From contig NW_019028979.1 of the NCBI RefSeq assembly GCF_002105155.1, forward strand, positions 1,798,001 to 1,854,208: a stretch of 56,208 nt of DNA. The letters run 5' to 3'. Position 1 is the first letter of the stretch. Every line of letters begins with the position of its first letter. This DNA is from Lobosporangium transversale. Lineage: Eukaryota. A model generated the notes under the pieces. That model was not told the DNA's origin. It saw only the letters and a program-made list of their open reading frames with translations, and ran no database searches. Shown piece after piece: positions 12,511-25,101 of the stretch. The position numbers and the translations under genes are program-made.

Positions 12511-14433
12511 CAGTAGTGAATATGCAAGACTTTTCACCTGTATACAAATGAACAAAAACCCAATTCACCCCACATAGAGATTATTTGGTAGTTTGTACTT
12601 GGTACGACTCAATCCTAGACATAACCTGATAATCGTGTCTCCAGCAACAAACAATCACCCCTGTATTAAAGAACCAAGCTCAGTTCTATAAACACCATTA
12701 GACAAGTCGCTTACCTCTCGTCAGTGCGCGGTATGAGGAATAGACGCGTATATTGTGGAGGGCGAAGATCTGTTCCTTCATTTCTATTCGGATATTTATC
12801 GATAATGTGTTTTTACTTCAGAAAGTGCAGGTATTCAGAGGCTAGAGTTATAAGCAGATATTGGACCTGATACTACTGTCCAAGATGGTAAGTTGTCTCC
12901 ACTTAATATCCTTGTACATGTTATGTGAGCAGAACTGACACATCGCCTTCAGGTATATGGATTGTCCCTTCTCAATTAATGCATACGCCAAAACCCTTTG
13001 CTCGGTTATGTGCTTCACAAGAACCTGGCCTACTTGAGGGTAATTACATGAGAAAACAACAAAGTTCTTTAACACCGTTTCCTCCGAGTTGTCCGAACCC
13101 TTGTCATTAAAGGAACTGCCACTAACTCAAAAGGCGAAAGCACAAAGGAAGGCAGACAGTGCGGCAACCTCTATTAGGATAACGTTAAATAGTCGATAGA
13201 AGTACTTTCGTTAAAGTCCTATAAATGGGGAAATGTCTATTGATGGCAGACTGGAATTTAAACTAAACAGTATCTCCACTACACACGCATAGCCAATTCA
13301 TGCCATGCTCATCCCTACCTTTTGCAACTTTTTGAAAAAGCTACCAAGATGGTTATGACTGTCCCCACTAAATACGAAAGAATATTTTTAAGCCTGGACT
13401 GATAAGATCCACTGAATATATAAACCATGGCCACTCCCATTTCTTACTTTTCTTTTTGTAACACAACACTGCTACTGACTACTATATAGCTACTGCTGTC
13501 AACGCTAGTTCGTACTCGTGAATGTGGCGATTTTTAATTTGACGTTCTGTATAATACTCTATTGCTTCGTTTGACCAAAATTCTGAAAATAGTATTATAC
13601 CACTCCCTATTTGAATCCTTGAAAGCCAAAGATCCTGAGCTACTTGAGAAGGGAGGTCCTAAAGATCTAAAAGGACAGATTATGTATTACACATCCTGGT
13701 ACTTGAAGTGTTTAATATGAAACCATTGGTAGATAAAAAGTTGACATTGGGGTGACTTGTTGATTATGATAAAGTACTGCTTGTTTTTTTACCTGAAAAT
13801 AAGAAAATAAAACAAAATGATGCCGATCACAATTCAGATTGAAAGGAAAGTTTTGGAGAGAGATATACAACAAGAGGTCTAGAGTAGGGATAGAGAAATG
13901 GTTGGTTCAATTATGATGCGAATTCACATAAATTTAAAAGAAAGCCTATCAGGGAGCAGAAGGGTGTTGTGTCTTTTATAAGACTAGGCCCACCATGAAC
14001 AATATCATACCAAATAAAGTTATTTGAGAGGGAATAAATAAAGTCCGCAAAGATTCATACTGGGACTTTTGGAAGTGTTAAAAATTAGCTGGAGGGTGAA
14101 TCGTTGGAATGGCAGATTCAGAATATGAGCAACTAAGAAGCCAATTGCCATGAGAACTATCGATTGTTCTAGGCTCGTTTAACTGGCAAATCTTAATTCA
14201 TGAGATTTAATTCGCCAATGAATGGTTTGTACCTCAGGGAAAACTCTGTTTACAAACTCTTTTTGCTCTTGCGTGGCTCAGAATCCTTTGAAGAGAGCAT
14301 TGCACAACCACAATCAAGAGGATGCACATTGCTTTGCTCATTCTCATCAAATGTGCTGCTGTACAATCTTTTTATCTTTTCAGCACGGCATCCCTTCCAC
14401 TGCTTTAGGAAGCTTTATTTTTTTGCCACCACT

Positions 14434-15999
14434 ATGGCCATGACCCCTCACTCATCCTCCCCTGGTATACTTACTCGTACCTTGCCACTCATTCTCTTCT
14501 GCTTCCTAACCTCATCCTTTCAGGGCATCTCAATCACCCATGCACAAGTCGCTCCTATCCCTAATACACAAATGCCGTATGCACGCGTGGGATCAAAATT
14601 TTATGTTCAGAGTGGTCCGCGTTCTGCAAAAAGCACACCAATTTTCTCTTTAGACCTCTCAAAATCATGGTCAGTCAATGCACCTGCTTGGACAGCCGAA
14701 AATTTCGGCAATCTCATCAATAACCCAGACACCTTGGGAATAGACGACGATAAATCCTTACAAATAATCAATCGGGCTACTGGAGTATATAATCGATGGA
14801 ATATTTCCAACCCCAACGCACAATGGATTGCCAGTGACTCGTTGTGGAGCTCTTACTGCCTTGATATTACACGTGAGACTACCATGGATGCCAGGACTGG
14901 ATGGACATATAGCTTTATTAAAGGCGAGGGTGGTGCACCTGATGCCGTCTGTGTGGACTCAAAAGCACCAGAACCTGTTACCGTCAATGCGGTTACCGAT
15001 GATATATTTGGAGAGAGAATCATCGATGGTGCTGTCTACAATAGCGCCAGAGCCACAGTCATGATAGGATACAGGCGCTTAATGGACAGTTCCTGGGGAT
15101 ACCTTTTAGAATATTCGATTGACGGCGACAAATGGACAAAATTTGTAAATCCTGTTTCCTTTTCTTTTTTTTTTTTTAGACTTGTGACTTGTAGACTTGC
15201 TAGTCCAATTGACTGAGCCACATCGATTCTCTTCTATTTTTAACTTCCTTTAGAACTCAACAGGAGAGCGTCCCACCAAGAGAGAGCAAAACTGCATGGT
15301 TATTGGTAATGGGTTTATTTTTCTATTCATATATGTCATATTCGCATGGACAATATTACTAATGGTTGTGCCTTTACGCTCTTACAAATGATAGACTCAA
15401 AAGGGACCAAGATTGTTGTCTTTGGAGGCTCTACTGTAGATCCTACTAATCCTGCAAAGCTGGTGTCTTCTCCTGAGTTGTTTGTATTAGATCTTCAATC
15501 GAGACAATGGAGAAAAGCGCCAAATGCGGCTACACCTCGCGCCTATGCTGCTTGTACCCTGGTCGGGGATCAATTCATAGTCTGGGGTGGTCAGAATTCA
15601 GAGAGTCCAAGTGGTGACGGATCGATCTTGCTGTTCGACCTATCCAAGTTTGAATGGGCCACAACTTATACACCTCCGAGCGACATGCAATCCCGTCCCG
15701 AACTGTCGACTGGATCTTCAACTGCTAATATTGGAGCCATTGCAGGAGGTGCCGCTGGTGGTTTGATTTTTTTAGCGGCCATTGCAGGATTGTTTATTTA
15801 CAGACGGCGACAAAAACAAAAGAGTGAGAGAAGTGATGCCTCTGGAAAGATTGAGAGCTCGCCTGAGGACCATGGCAAAAGTCTAGTTTGCGGTCCCCAG
15901 CTAATGAGTAGTACTTTGCCTGCTCTAGGTCGAAATCCTCATGGGGAACCTGCTCCGAAATATAGAGCCATAGAACAGCCATCTTCGCCTGGCGAATAA
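14434..15999 (+). CDS. Kelch-like single-pass membrane protein, subfamily A (gene 5); join(14434..15144, 15254..15305, 15395..15999), 455 aa
   Basis: Conserved intron positions and 52-nt exon 2; shorter stalk and tail. Start could be 14434 or 14440. Confidence 0.85.
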
Positions 16000-16285
16000 A
16001 TTCGACATAATAAATAATGAATAATTTGACGTTTCGTTCCTTGCCAAAGAGTAACAATTCAATTTGTTTGCCAATTGTTGCAGGCTAACAGCAAGTACAA
16101 GATGGATCACAACGGATATATAATTTGAAAAGTTTAATCAAGGAGGATGAGCGAAGAGCATCATGATCCATTCCTGTTTGCGCATTCTCTTAAATTCATT
16201 CTTGTTTCCTCTTACATCTCACACCTTCTCATGTCACAGTTGAGTTAATCTCTTCCAGGACAAACCAAGGACTACGTTACTTATT

Positions 16286-17014
16286 ATGACCTCCTGCTTT
16301 TCCATTTGCACCGTCTCCGCTCGAGCTGCACCACTGTTCTTATATAAGCTCTTGCACTTGATCCTCCATATCCTTCATCACATCTCAACTGTTGGTGCTC
16401 AGACACGTCCCGAGGCAAACACTCGCGTGCCCTTTGCTCAAATTGGTTCGAGACTCTATGTCCAAGGCGGGCCGTTTGATACTAGGGACGGACCATTTTT
16501 CTCTCTTGATCTCGCAGCATCATGGTCTCTTGGTGCTCTCCCTTGGACGGCCCACAATTATGGAAATTTCACAAGCGAGAAAAAATATTATGGCCTTGGC
16601 TTTAATCAGATGCTTTACATGATAGGTAGTGGCAATGTGGGCTATCGAATCAATCTCGCAGATGCGGGTGCGAGGTGGAGTGAGTTTCCTACTGGTATAT
16701 ATGACATCTGTGGCTACCCTGGAGCCATTACCATAGACCCTCGAACAGGAGTGTTCTACACCGTTTCCACTCAACCCTTAAATATCATGTGCGAGCTTAA
16801 GAGTTCCGACGCGAAATGGCGAGCCCGCCCATACAACAATGGCACACGACTGTGGGAGATCTACTTTGAAGGTGTTGTTTACAACAGTAACAGGAACAGC
16901 ATTATGGGAGGCTACAAACTTCAACAAGCTACATCAGCAGCATACATTACAGAATATCATATCGACTCAAACTCATGGTCAATTATTGTAAGTGCAAATC
17001 CCATAATGTTTACC

Positions 17015-17045
<31 letters not shown>

Positions 17046-17909
17046 TCCCACTGAATGAAAACCTGTTATTGATTACTTTTAGCCTGTGAAAGGACAAGTC
17101 CCTACCACAAGAGAGGAGAATTGCATGGTCATCAGTACGTTTCCCTATTTCGAGCAGTTTTTGGATGCCAGTGTTCTGACATAGCATATATTCATTAGCG
17201 TATTTATCTTTTTCGACCACCCTTAGATGAGAATAATACAAAGATTGTTGTCTTCGGAGGCCGAATCCCTGCATCTAGTGGCCCTCCAGGCTTTAATATC
17301 GCTTCATCAGAAATCTTTGTCCTCGATCTCAATTCAGGAGAGTGGAAGAAGGGTCCTGATGCAGCTGAACCACGAGCCAGTGCTGCCTGTGGCCTTGCTG
17401 GTGATCGGTTTGTAGCCTGGGGTGGTGAAAAAGATTCGACGAGCGACCCATATGATTCGATCGTTGTGTTTGATCTGGCCAAGTTTGAGTGGCTTAAGGC
17501 TTCCTCAGACGACCATCCATCTTCTACACCCTCTTCCGGCCCATCATCTTCAGGTATCCCTACAACTAAGGCTTCAAATACTAATATTGGAGCGATAGTA
17601 GGTGGAGCAGTAGCAGGGTTAGTCTTGGTAGCATTGATCGTAGCTGTCCTCATCTATAGAAGGCGAAAGCAAAGGCCAAGTGAAGAGCATGGACTCATTG
17701 AGCAGAAGGTGAAGCAAATAGACAACCCTAAGAGATCAAATGAAGACGAGCCACAGCATAAGAATGAACTCACATACCGTAATCCTCACGCCGCCTCGTC
17801 ACCACGCAGCCCTCAACAGTATCCTTGCTTGGGACGTGATCCTCAATGGACACCTAGCCTCACTCATGACCATGATCAGGACCATGCAAATCGTGTTTTA
17901 GAAGCATAA
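16286..17909 (+). CDS. Kelch-like single-pass membrane protein, subfamily B (gene 6); join(16286..16987, 17083..17134, 17227..17909), 478 aa
   Basis: GT-AG introns restore the frame; signal, kelch-like blades, TM 'IGAIVGGAVAGLVLVALIVAVLIY' + RRRK. Confidence 0.85.
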
Positions 17910-18298
17910 TCTGAAGGTTTAGTAGCGTGAGCTATAGATATCTACTGTATACGATGTATATGGTGCTGGAATACCTTTTCACATTTACCTCCATATAGAC
18001 AATAAACCTAGATTAATAGTCCGGAAGCAGCTATGGTTTGCTGTCAGCGACAAGTCAATTTCAATCTGCAGACTTCTTGGCTAGGACCAGCAATGAACCA
18101 ATAGCGATCAATGAGTCCGTACAATTTGCTCCGATAGATGATGATGGCCAAAGATATATAAGAAAAAGCGCGAAGGAGAGATAAGAGAGCGGGTCAAGCG
18201 TCAATAAAGAGAAATGGAAGAAAGACTGGATAGCCAAAGTGAACAGCATTGAAGAAGAAGTGAGGAACTCATTCCCTTTGCCATTTCCCTTTTTCCGT

Positions 18299-18652
18299 TG
18301 TAAGCAAAGGTTCGCTCCAAATTGCTTCGTTTATGAAATGATAAACGGAGTAGAGGAGTAGAACGACGAGGTAGGGAATGTAACTATGCTATCCAGATCC
18401 ACCATTAGGGGGGGGGGCGCCTGTGGACCCAAGATGGGTCTAAGAGAGACAGCACATAGTTTATTATAATACGAAGCAAAGCAGCTGTTTAGAGTAGTAG
18501 TAGTGTATGTGGCTGAATAGTGATATGGCGGGATGGCGAGTAGTGTATACGAAGATGCGAAAGCAAAGAACGGATACAAAAGCTATACAGAAGGGGATTG
18601 ATTACGAGCACCATTTCCCCTAGCGAAGCCAGCCAGCCATCGGTTTCTAACA
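18299..18652 (-). mobile_element. Possible solo-LTR relic
   Basis: Bounded by TG...CA (TGTAAG at 18299 or TGTAAC at 18379; CTAACA ending 18652). Shares aagatgggtcta + 17 nt + tttatt with 6481-6515. No target-site duplication found. Confidence 0.3.
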
Positions 18653-19082
18653 CTAGCTTTTTCGACACAAAAGAAACGCAGGTATTGAAGCTCTGTCGGT
18701 ATGGCGTATCCTACAAAAAGACAGTCGAGAAATAAAATGTAAGAGATATAAAGAGGTATAGAGAGATGCGAGAGATCCTTACAGGCCAAAAAGCCATGCT
18801 TTATTTTCTTTTCTTTATTATCTGGCAACTGTTTGTTACCGCCCTTTCCTAAGCTACAGCTACAAGGCACCAGGCTCCTATTGTTATCTCTCTTTTCTTT
18901 TTTTTCTTTTTCCAAGAAGAAACGTATACGAAGTATTGTTTTTACCTTAGTCCATCTTGCCACATTTTTCATTTATAATGGAGACATAAAAAAGGATTTG
19001 AAAGCTTGTTTATTTATTTTAACCCTATACTCAGAGCTTTATTCCGATACATGCTTCTATCATAGTACTACAAACTAGTCTG

Positions 19083-19219
19083 AGCCAGACGCTTGGCCAT
19101 CTTTTTTTTTTTTTTTTTTTTTTTTTTGCTTTGCTAGTGGTAGCTGGAACCAGCAGAAGGAAAAGAAAAGATGTTGTCCGGAGCGCACCACGAGGAGGTG
19201 GTCTGGCTTGTCGCGCTCC
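19083..19219 (-). ncRNA. HDV-like self-cleaving ribozyme (type 1)
   Basis: Minus strand: GGAGCGC(P1) GACA AGCCAGACC(P2) ACC(P3) UCCUCGU(L3) GGU(P3') GCGCUCC(P1') GG(P1.1) ACAA CAUCUUUU..AAAAGAUG(P4) GCCAAG(J4/2 with catalytic C) C GUCUGGCU(P2'). Core nearly identical to antigenomic HDV ACC-UCCUCGC-GGU and GCUAAG. Confidence 0.88.
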
Positions 19220-19300
19220 GTTTATTTTTTTTAACGAGGGAAAACAATGCAAAAAAAAAACCCTCGTACGAAAGAAAAGGGGAGGAAGAAAAAGAGAAAA

Positions 19301-19594
19301 GGGAGACTAAGCAAGGCTGGGAGTACACCTTGAGTGCCAAAACAGGACACCTCTGGGGCCAACCAGTGGGTGCCTGCAGCGAGAGGAGAGGGAGAAAGAG
19401 AAAGGGGAGACTAAGCAAGGCTGGGAGTATACCTTGAGTGCCAAAACAGGACACCTCTGGGGCCAACCAGTGGGTGCCTGCAGCGAAAGAGGAGAGAAAG
19501 AGAAAGAGAAAGGGGAGACTAAGCAAGGCTGGGAGTATACCTTGAGTGTCAAAACAGGACACCTCTGGGGCCAACCAGCGGGTGCCTGCAGCGA
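19301..19594. repeat. Three copies of an 82-bp GC-rich unit separated by 22- and 26-bp purine-rich linkers
   Basis: Unit gggagactaagcaaggctgggagtaYaccttgagtgYcaaaacaggacacctctggggccaaccagYgggtgcctgcagcga starts at 19301, 19405 and 19513. Confidence 0.95.
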
Positions 19595-19609
19595 AATAAA
19601 ACTGTGTGA

Positions 19610-19689
19610 GAAATGAGAAGGGGAGAGTGTGAAGAGTTGAGAAGAGAAGAGAAGAAGAAAGAGAAAAATGGAAAAAAATGTCTTTTATA
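19610..19689 (-). promoter_or_regulatory. Putative Pol II core promoter (TATAAAA at 19689-19683 followed by a CT-rich tract) pointing at the repeats and ribozyme
   Basis: Minus strand cagTATAAAAgacatttttttccatttttctctttcttcttctc..., a typical fungal TATA + pyrimidine-rich leader. Confidence 0.45.
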
Positions 19690-21537
19690 CTGCCGTTGCC
19701 ACCAAAATAGCGACAAAATCATTAAACGTATACAGAGCGAGCGCCGCCAAATCGAGGTCAAATGGAGTACGTATGCTTTTATTTTGAAGATCATGGCTTT
19801 TGTTCGATTATCGCATCTGAGCAACTGAGAATCTACCAAATACCTTTGCTAGAGTATGAATGCAAGCAAGGAAGAGAGCGTCGCTTGCAATGCATCAGAC
19901 ACGCCCATTGCAACCTGGGTTTGTTGCATCGCGCTTTTGTTGTAAAATTAAGTTTGTAATCCATGTTCCGTTCGACATGGTACGTGCACAACCTCACACA
20001 TGATATCGCCGCATGCTTGTGTACTCGACTCTTACTGCTTGTCTATCCACTTGATCGAAATAATCTTTCTTTTCCTTCTCCCCATAAAAAGGATATCGCT
20101 TCTATGCGAGAACATAACCAGGATCCATTGGTATCTATTACAGGAAATGCATGATTTTGTTGATAGGTATTGTGCGCTTCTCATGATAATGAGGGTTGGA
20201 GCTAATAAAAGTTATTTGGTAGTCATCTAGAGTAGCCTCTGTACAAGTCCTGTTTGGTATCAAGCTCCGCTTCGAATGCCTTGCTAGACTAGTACTGTGT
20301 GTCCTAGCCCTTCATATTGCAAACTTACTACAGTTGATGGCCTTCTTTTCCTTAACATTTTAATATGGGTCGCTGCACAGGGGTTGACAGGTTGCGATAG
20401 TGCTGGAGCTTTATTGCATCATATGTAGAGCTTGGCCCAGAGGGCGACCCAGTGGATGATAAGGATGAGTTAGCGTTCGAGAGAGAGATATTCCTTAAGG
20501 TGCCTGCGTTGCTGAAGAAAGTGTGGTATTTGAAGACAGTACGAGCGGAAAGTAGTCCTTGGCACATCCTTGATACCACTTGCTTGTCAGTTGGTAGTGC
20601 GCCTTCCAGTTCTCTCCATGATGGTCCAGTCGTCGCTCTTCAAAATTATCTTTATCATTTTTGGAGCCATCTTGGTTTGGATTCATGACATTTTCTTGTT
20701 TCTGATTGCTAGTCTCCAGTGCCGATTCATTTGTTTACTGTTTGCCCTTCTGATTCAATATGGATGTAGTCTGATCGTCAAGAACGGTGTAATTATCCTC
20801 TATTAGCCTGAACTCAGAAGCGGTGGATGAATATTGCTGATATGCTCTGTCTGATGGGACTTTTCGACAGTTATTGCTAGAAGCCGCACCCTTTAGCAAT
20901 GGCACATCTTCGCTTTCACAAATAGCCGCTTGCTTTTGTTGTTGTCAGCTACAGTCGCAGGCTGAGGGAAGCACAGACGGAGTTGACGATCTTTCAAGGG
21001 ACTTGAGCCCCTATCAATTACACGTAACCGTAAAGGAGTAGCCTCGTAATACTAAGCGCCGCCAGATATGTTGCTGATATCACTCTACAAGTGAAGACCA
21101 CCGTTGACAGGTTGACGCGGAGGAGACAAAAGTATGGTCGAGATGGAGGAGAATCAGCAAGATGATTTCAGTTGGTAAATGAGCTGAGGCCCTGTGTCAG
21201 AGATGTTACATCTTTTGTATGCATGGTCCATGAAAACAGACATTGTGTGCTTGCCTATTTGTTTATTACGTTGTATCAAACTTAATTTGGATCCTGCATG
21301 CTTGGGATACAGTAGTAGGCCTTCTTGAGAGAGCATTCACAACGGTCAGCGAGGATGATGGGAGAAAGAGAATGCACATCTCTTTCCTCATGACCTGACC
21401 TGATTCATCCCAGCTTTCTCATTCCTTTCCTTTGTCTTGTCCGAAAAAAAAAAGAAAATAAAAAAGAGAGAACACTTTCCCTTTTTGAGACTGTTCCTTC
21501 CACCAGCTTTGGAGAGCTTTGTTATTCTGCCGCAACC

Positions 21538-23256
21538 ATGACCTCTCACTCGTCCTCCTTTGGCATATTCACTCGAGCCTTGCCGCTTCTCTTCCTTTGC
21601 TTTCTATCCACTCCATTCCAGGTTATCTCAAGCATTCATGCACAAATCGCTCCAATCCCTAATACTCGAATGCCATATGCACAAGTGGGATCAAAGTTTT
21701 ATGTCCAGAGCGGTCCACGCTCTGCTAATAACACATCGGTTTTCTCGTTAGATCTTACAACATCATGGTCGGTCGATACACCTGCTTGGACAGCTGAGGC
21801 TTTCGGCGATATCCCCAATGACCCAGATAGTTGGGCAGTAACCGATGATAGATCCTTAGTGATACACTACCCGAATAATGGAACCTTTAAGCGAGTCAAT
21901 ATTACTAATCCCAATGCACAATGGAGAACGATTGACTTTTTTTGGACTCAGCAGTGCCTTCACTTTGCACATGAGATTAGTATGGATCTCAGGACCGGAT
22001 GGACGTATACCTTTTCCATGGATTTGCCAACGAGCATGTGTGTGGACCAAAGAATATCACAGTCTCCATACATACGTCGGATTCCCGATGACTTATTTGG
22101 GCAGAGAATGATTCATGGTGCTGTCTACAACAGTGCCAGGGCATCATTCATGTTAGGGTACAGGCGATTAATGGACAATGTCTGGGGTTACCTTTTGGAA
22201 TACTCGATCGATACCAATTCATGGTCACTGTTTGTAAATGTCCACTCCACTCTTATTTCGATCTTTACTTTCTTTATTAAAACGGTCAGTCATCTATAGA
22301 CTCGATATGACTATTGACTCAGTACTATTCATCTCCTGTCCATACCTTTCTTTAGAATGTAATAGGTGAGGAACCAACCTTTAAACGTGAAAACTGCATG
22401 GCCATCGGTATTGTTTACTATATTCCTTACTCCTTTCATTCATGTCATATCTGTGAATGTAGTCCGCATGAGCAATGATTCTAATAACTGTGCTTTTATG
22501 CTCCTACCTCCTTGCGCTTTGTAAATGATAGATGCAAATGGGACCAAGATTGCTGTCTTTGGAGGCATTCCCGGATGGGCGGAACCACCTACTCCTGAAC
22601 TATATGTGCTGGATCTTAATTCGAAAGAGTGGAGAAAGGCTCCTAATGCGACTTCGCCTCGCAGCTTTCCTGCTTGTGCCCTGGTTGGGGACCAATTCAT
22701 AATCTGGGGTGGCCAGAATACTAAAAACCCAAGTGGTGATGGATCAATGTTGTTATTCGATCTATCCAAGTTTGAATGGGTTACAACTTATACACCTCCG
22801 AGTTACCTACTGCCCACCAAACCGACTACCACCGCGTCTCCAGGAGCTTCAGTAACGTCTGAGGCTCCTGCTCCGACGAAGAATGAATCTTCAAGTATTA
22901 ATATTGGAGCCATTATAGGAGGGGTTATCGGAGCCTTGGCTGCTATAGCGACTGTTGCAGGAGTGTTCATTTACAGGCGGCGGAGACAAAAGAACCAGAA
23001 GAGCGAGATCCCTGAAGCGAAAGATGTCAAGCAAGGACATGCTCCGCCTGAACACTATGGCAAGCAAGAGCATGGCTTAATGGAAGGAGTGTCCGAAGAT
23101 TATGGCAAAACTCCAGTTTACAGTCCTCAGCTGGTTAATGTCAGCTCGCGCCATCCTCAGCAAACGCCTATTCTAGGTCGGGATCCTCATGGTGAGCCTA
23201 CTCCAGAATACGAGGGTATAGAACAGCGATTAGAACAACCGTCCATCTGCACATAA
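21538..23256 (+). CDS. Kelch-like single-pass membrane protein, subfamily A (gene 7); join(21538..22233, 22356..22407, 22532..23256), 490 aa
   Basis: Near-identical direct copy of gene 4 (10099..11932 matches 21361..23194, offset 11262), with a different C-terminal end. Confidence 0.85.
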
Positions 23257-23485
23257 AAAAATAAAAAGTCGATATTAGATGAGTAAAGTGGCTGTATTGA
23301 AAAAGTCTAATCAACGAGGAGGATGAGCAAAGAGCACAAGGCTCATGTCATGGCGCAATCCTGCTCATGCATTCTCTTTCATTCTCTTTCATTCTCGTTT
23401 CTTCATTTCATCTTTTTTTCATGTCACAGTTGACTTGTTGACTTGCCTGCTTCGTTATTTTTAACTAAGGATTAGATAGCATATA

Positions 23486-24213
23486 ATGGCCTTTGGCTTT
23501 TCCACTTTCCCTATTCCTTCTCGAGCTACATCACTATTCTTTTGTAGGTTCCTGTCCCTGATCCTCCACTATGTCTCAACTGTTAGTGCTCAGACAGGTC
23601 CTGAGGCAAACACTCGTATGCCATTTGCTCAAATTGGCTCGAGACTCTATCTCCAAGGTGGGCCGTATGACAAAAGAAATGGACCATTTTTCTCTGTTGA
23701 CCTCGCAGCGTCGTGGACTCTTGATACCGTTCCTTGGACATCCCACAATTATGGAAATTTCACAAGTTATCAGAAACAAATCGGCGTAGGTATCAACCAA
23801 ACGCTTTACATTTACGGTAACATTGTTTATGACAATCTGAGGGTCAATGTCGATGATGCAAGTGCGGAATGGAGTCTTGTTGCGCCCCCAGGGCCGAGAC
23901 TCTGTAGATCTCTACAAGATTTTGCCGTAGACACTCGAAAAGGAGTAGTTTACAGTTTTGCCTTCCCCTTTAAAGATACCATGTGCCTGCTTGGCGACTT
24001 CGAAAAGGGATGGGAAACTCGCCTTGTCAGTAATGGCACACTAGTGGTTACACCCGACTTTATTGGATCTGTTTACAACAGCAACAGGAATAGTGTTATG
24101 GGAGGCTATAGGCTTGAACAAGATTCATCAACGGCGTATGTCACAGAATATCGAATCGACTCTAACTCATGGTCAACTATTGTAAGTGCTTCATAATCAT
24201 CGTAAAAAAATGG

Positions 24214-24245
<32 letters not shown>

Positions 24246-25101
24246 TATCTCACTGAATGCTTACTTTTAGCCTGTGAAAGGACAAGTCCCTACCACAAGG
24301 GAGGCGAATTGCATGATCATTAGTATGTTTTCCTTATTGAAAGATAGTTTTTTTGATGTTAGTTCTCTGATACACCGTTTATTCATTAGTATACTTGCCT
24401 TCCTTTTATCTTTAGATGAGGATAATACAAAGATTGTTGTCTTCGGAGGCTTCACTCCTGCAACTCGCGGTCCCTCAGGCTTTGTTGTTCCTTCTTCAGA
24501 AATCTTTGTCCTTGATCTCAATTCAGGAGAGTGGAAGAAGGGCCCTGATGCAGCTGAACCGCGGGCTCACGCTGCCTGTGGTATTGTTGGTAATCGCTTC
24601 GTAGCTTGGGGCGGTGAAAAACATCCGAATAGCGATCCACTTGATTCGACCATTGTGTTTGACCTGACCAAGTTTGAGTGGGTCACGGCTTCCTCCAACG
24701 ACCATCCATCTCCTACACCTTCTTCCGACCCATCACCTTCAAGTACCTCTATAGCTAAGGCTTCAAATACTAATATTGGAGCGATAGCAGGCGGAGCAGT
24801 AGCAGGGTTAGTCTTGGTAGCATTGATCGTAGCTGTCCTCATCTATAGAAGGCGAAAGCAGAGGTTGGGTGAAGGGCATGGACCCATTAAACAGAAGATA
24901 GTCGAACATAAAGACAACTCAGGCGAGTTAAGTGAAGACGAAGCATACTACAAGAATGAATTCCAATACCGCAACCCTCACACTATTTCATCACCGCGCA
25001 GTCCTCAGCAGTATCCTTATTTAGGACGCGATCCTCAGTGGGCATCTAAACTCGCCCATGATAATGATCAAGACCATGCAGATCGTGTTTTAGAAGAATA
25101 A
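23486..25101 (+). CDS. Kelch-like single-pass membrane protein, subfamily B (gene 8); join(23486..24181, 24271..24322, 24416..25101), 477 aa
   Basis: Conserved intron positions, 52-nt exon 2, TM + RRRK. Confidence 0.85.

Noticed and set aside
12520..14190. Possible transposon or gene relics (also 6620-6960, 19800-21350, 38240-39750)
   Set aside because: Short broken frames with no motif I can identify; BLASTX would be needed.
19301..19382. 5S rRNA or hammerhead resemblance of the 82-bp unit
   Set aside because: Only short gggagac..tgggagtac similarity; no 5S helices or boxes and no CUGANGA/GAAA core.
19301..19594. CRISPR-like repeat-spacer array
   Set aside because: Eukaryotic context, 82-bp repeats are too long, spacers are low-complexity purine runs, and there are no cas genes.
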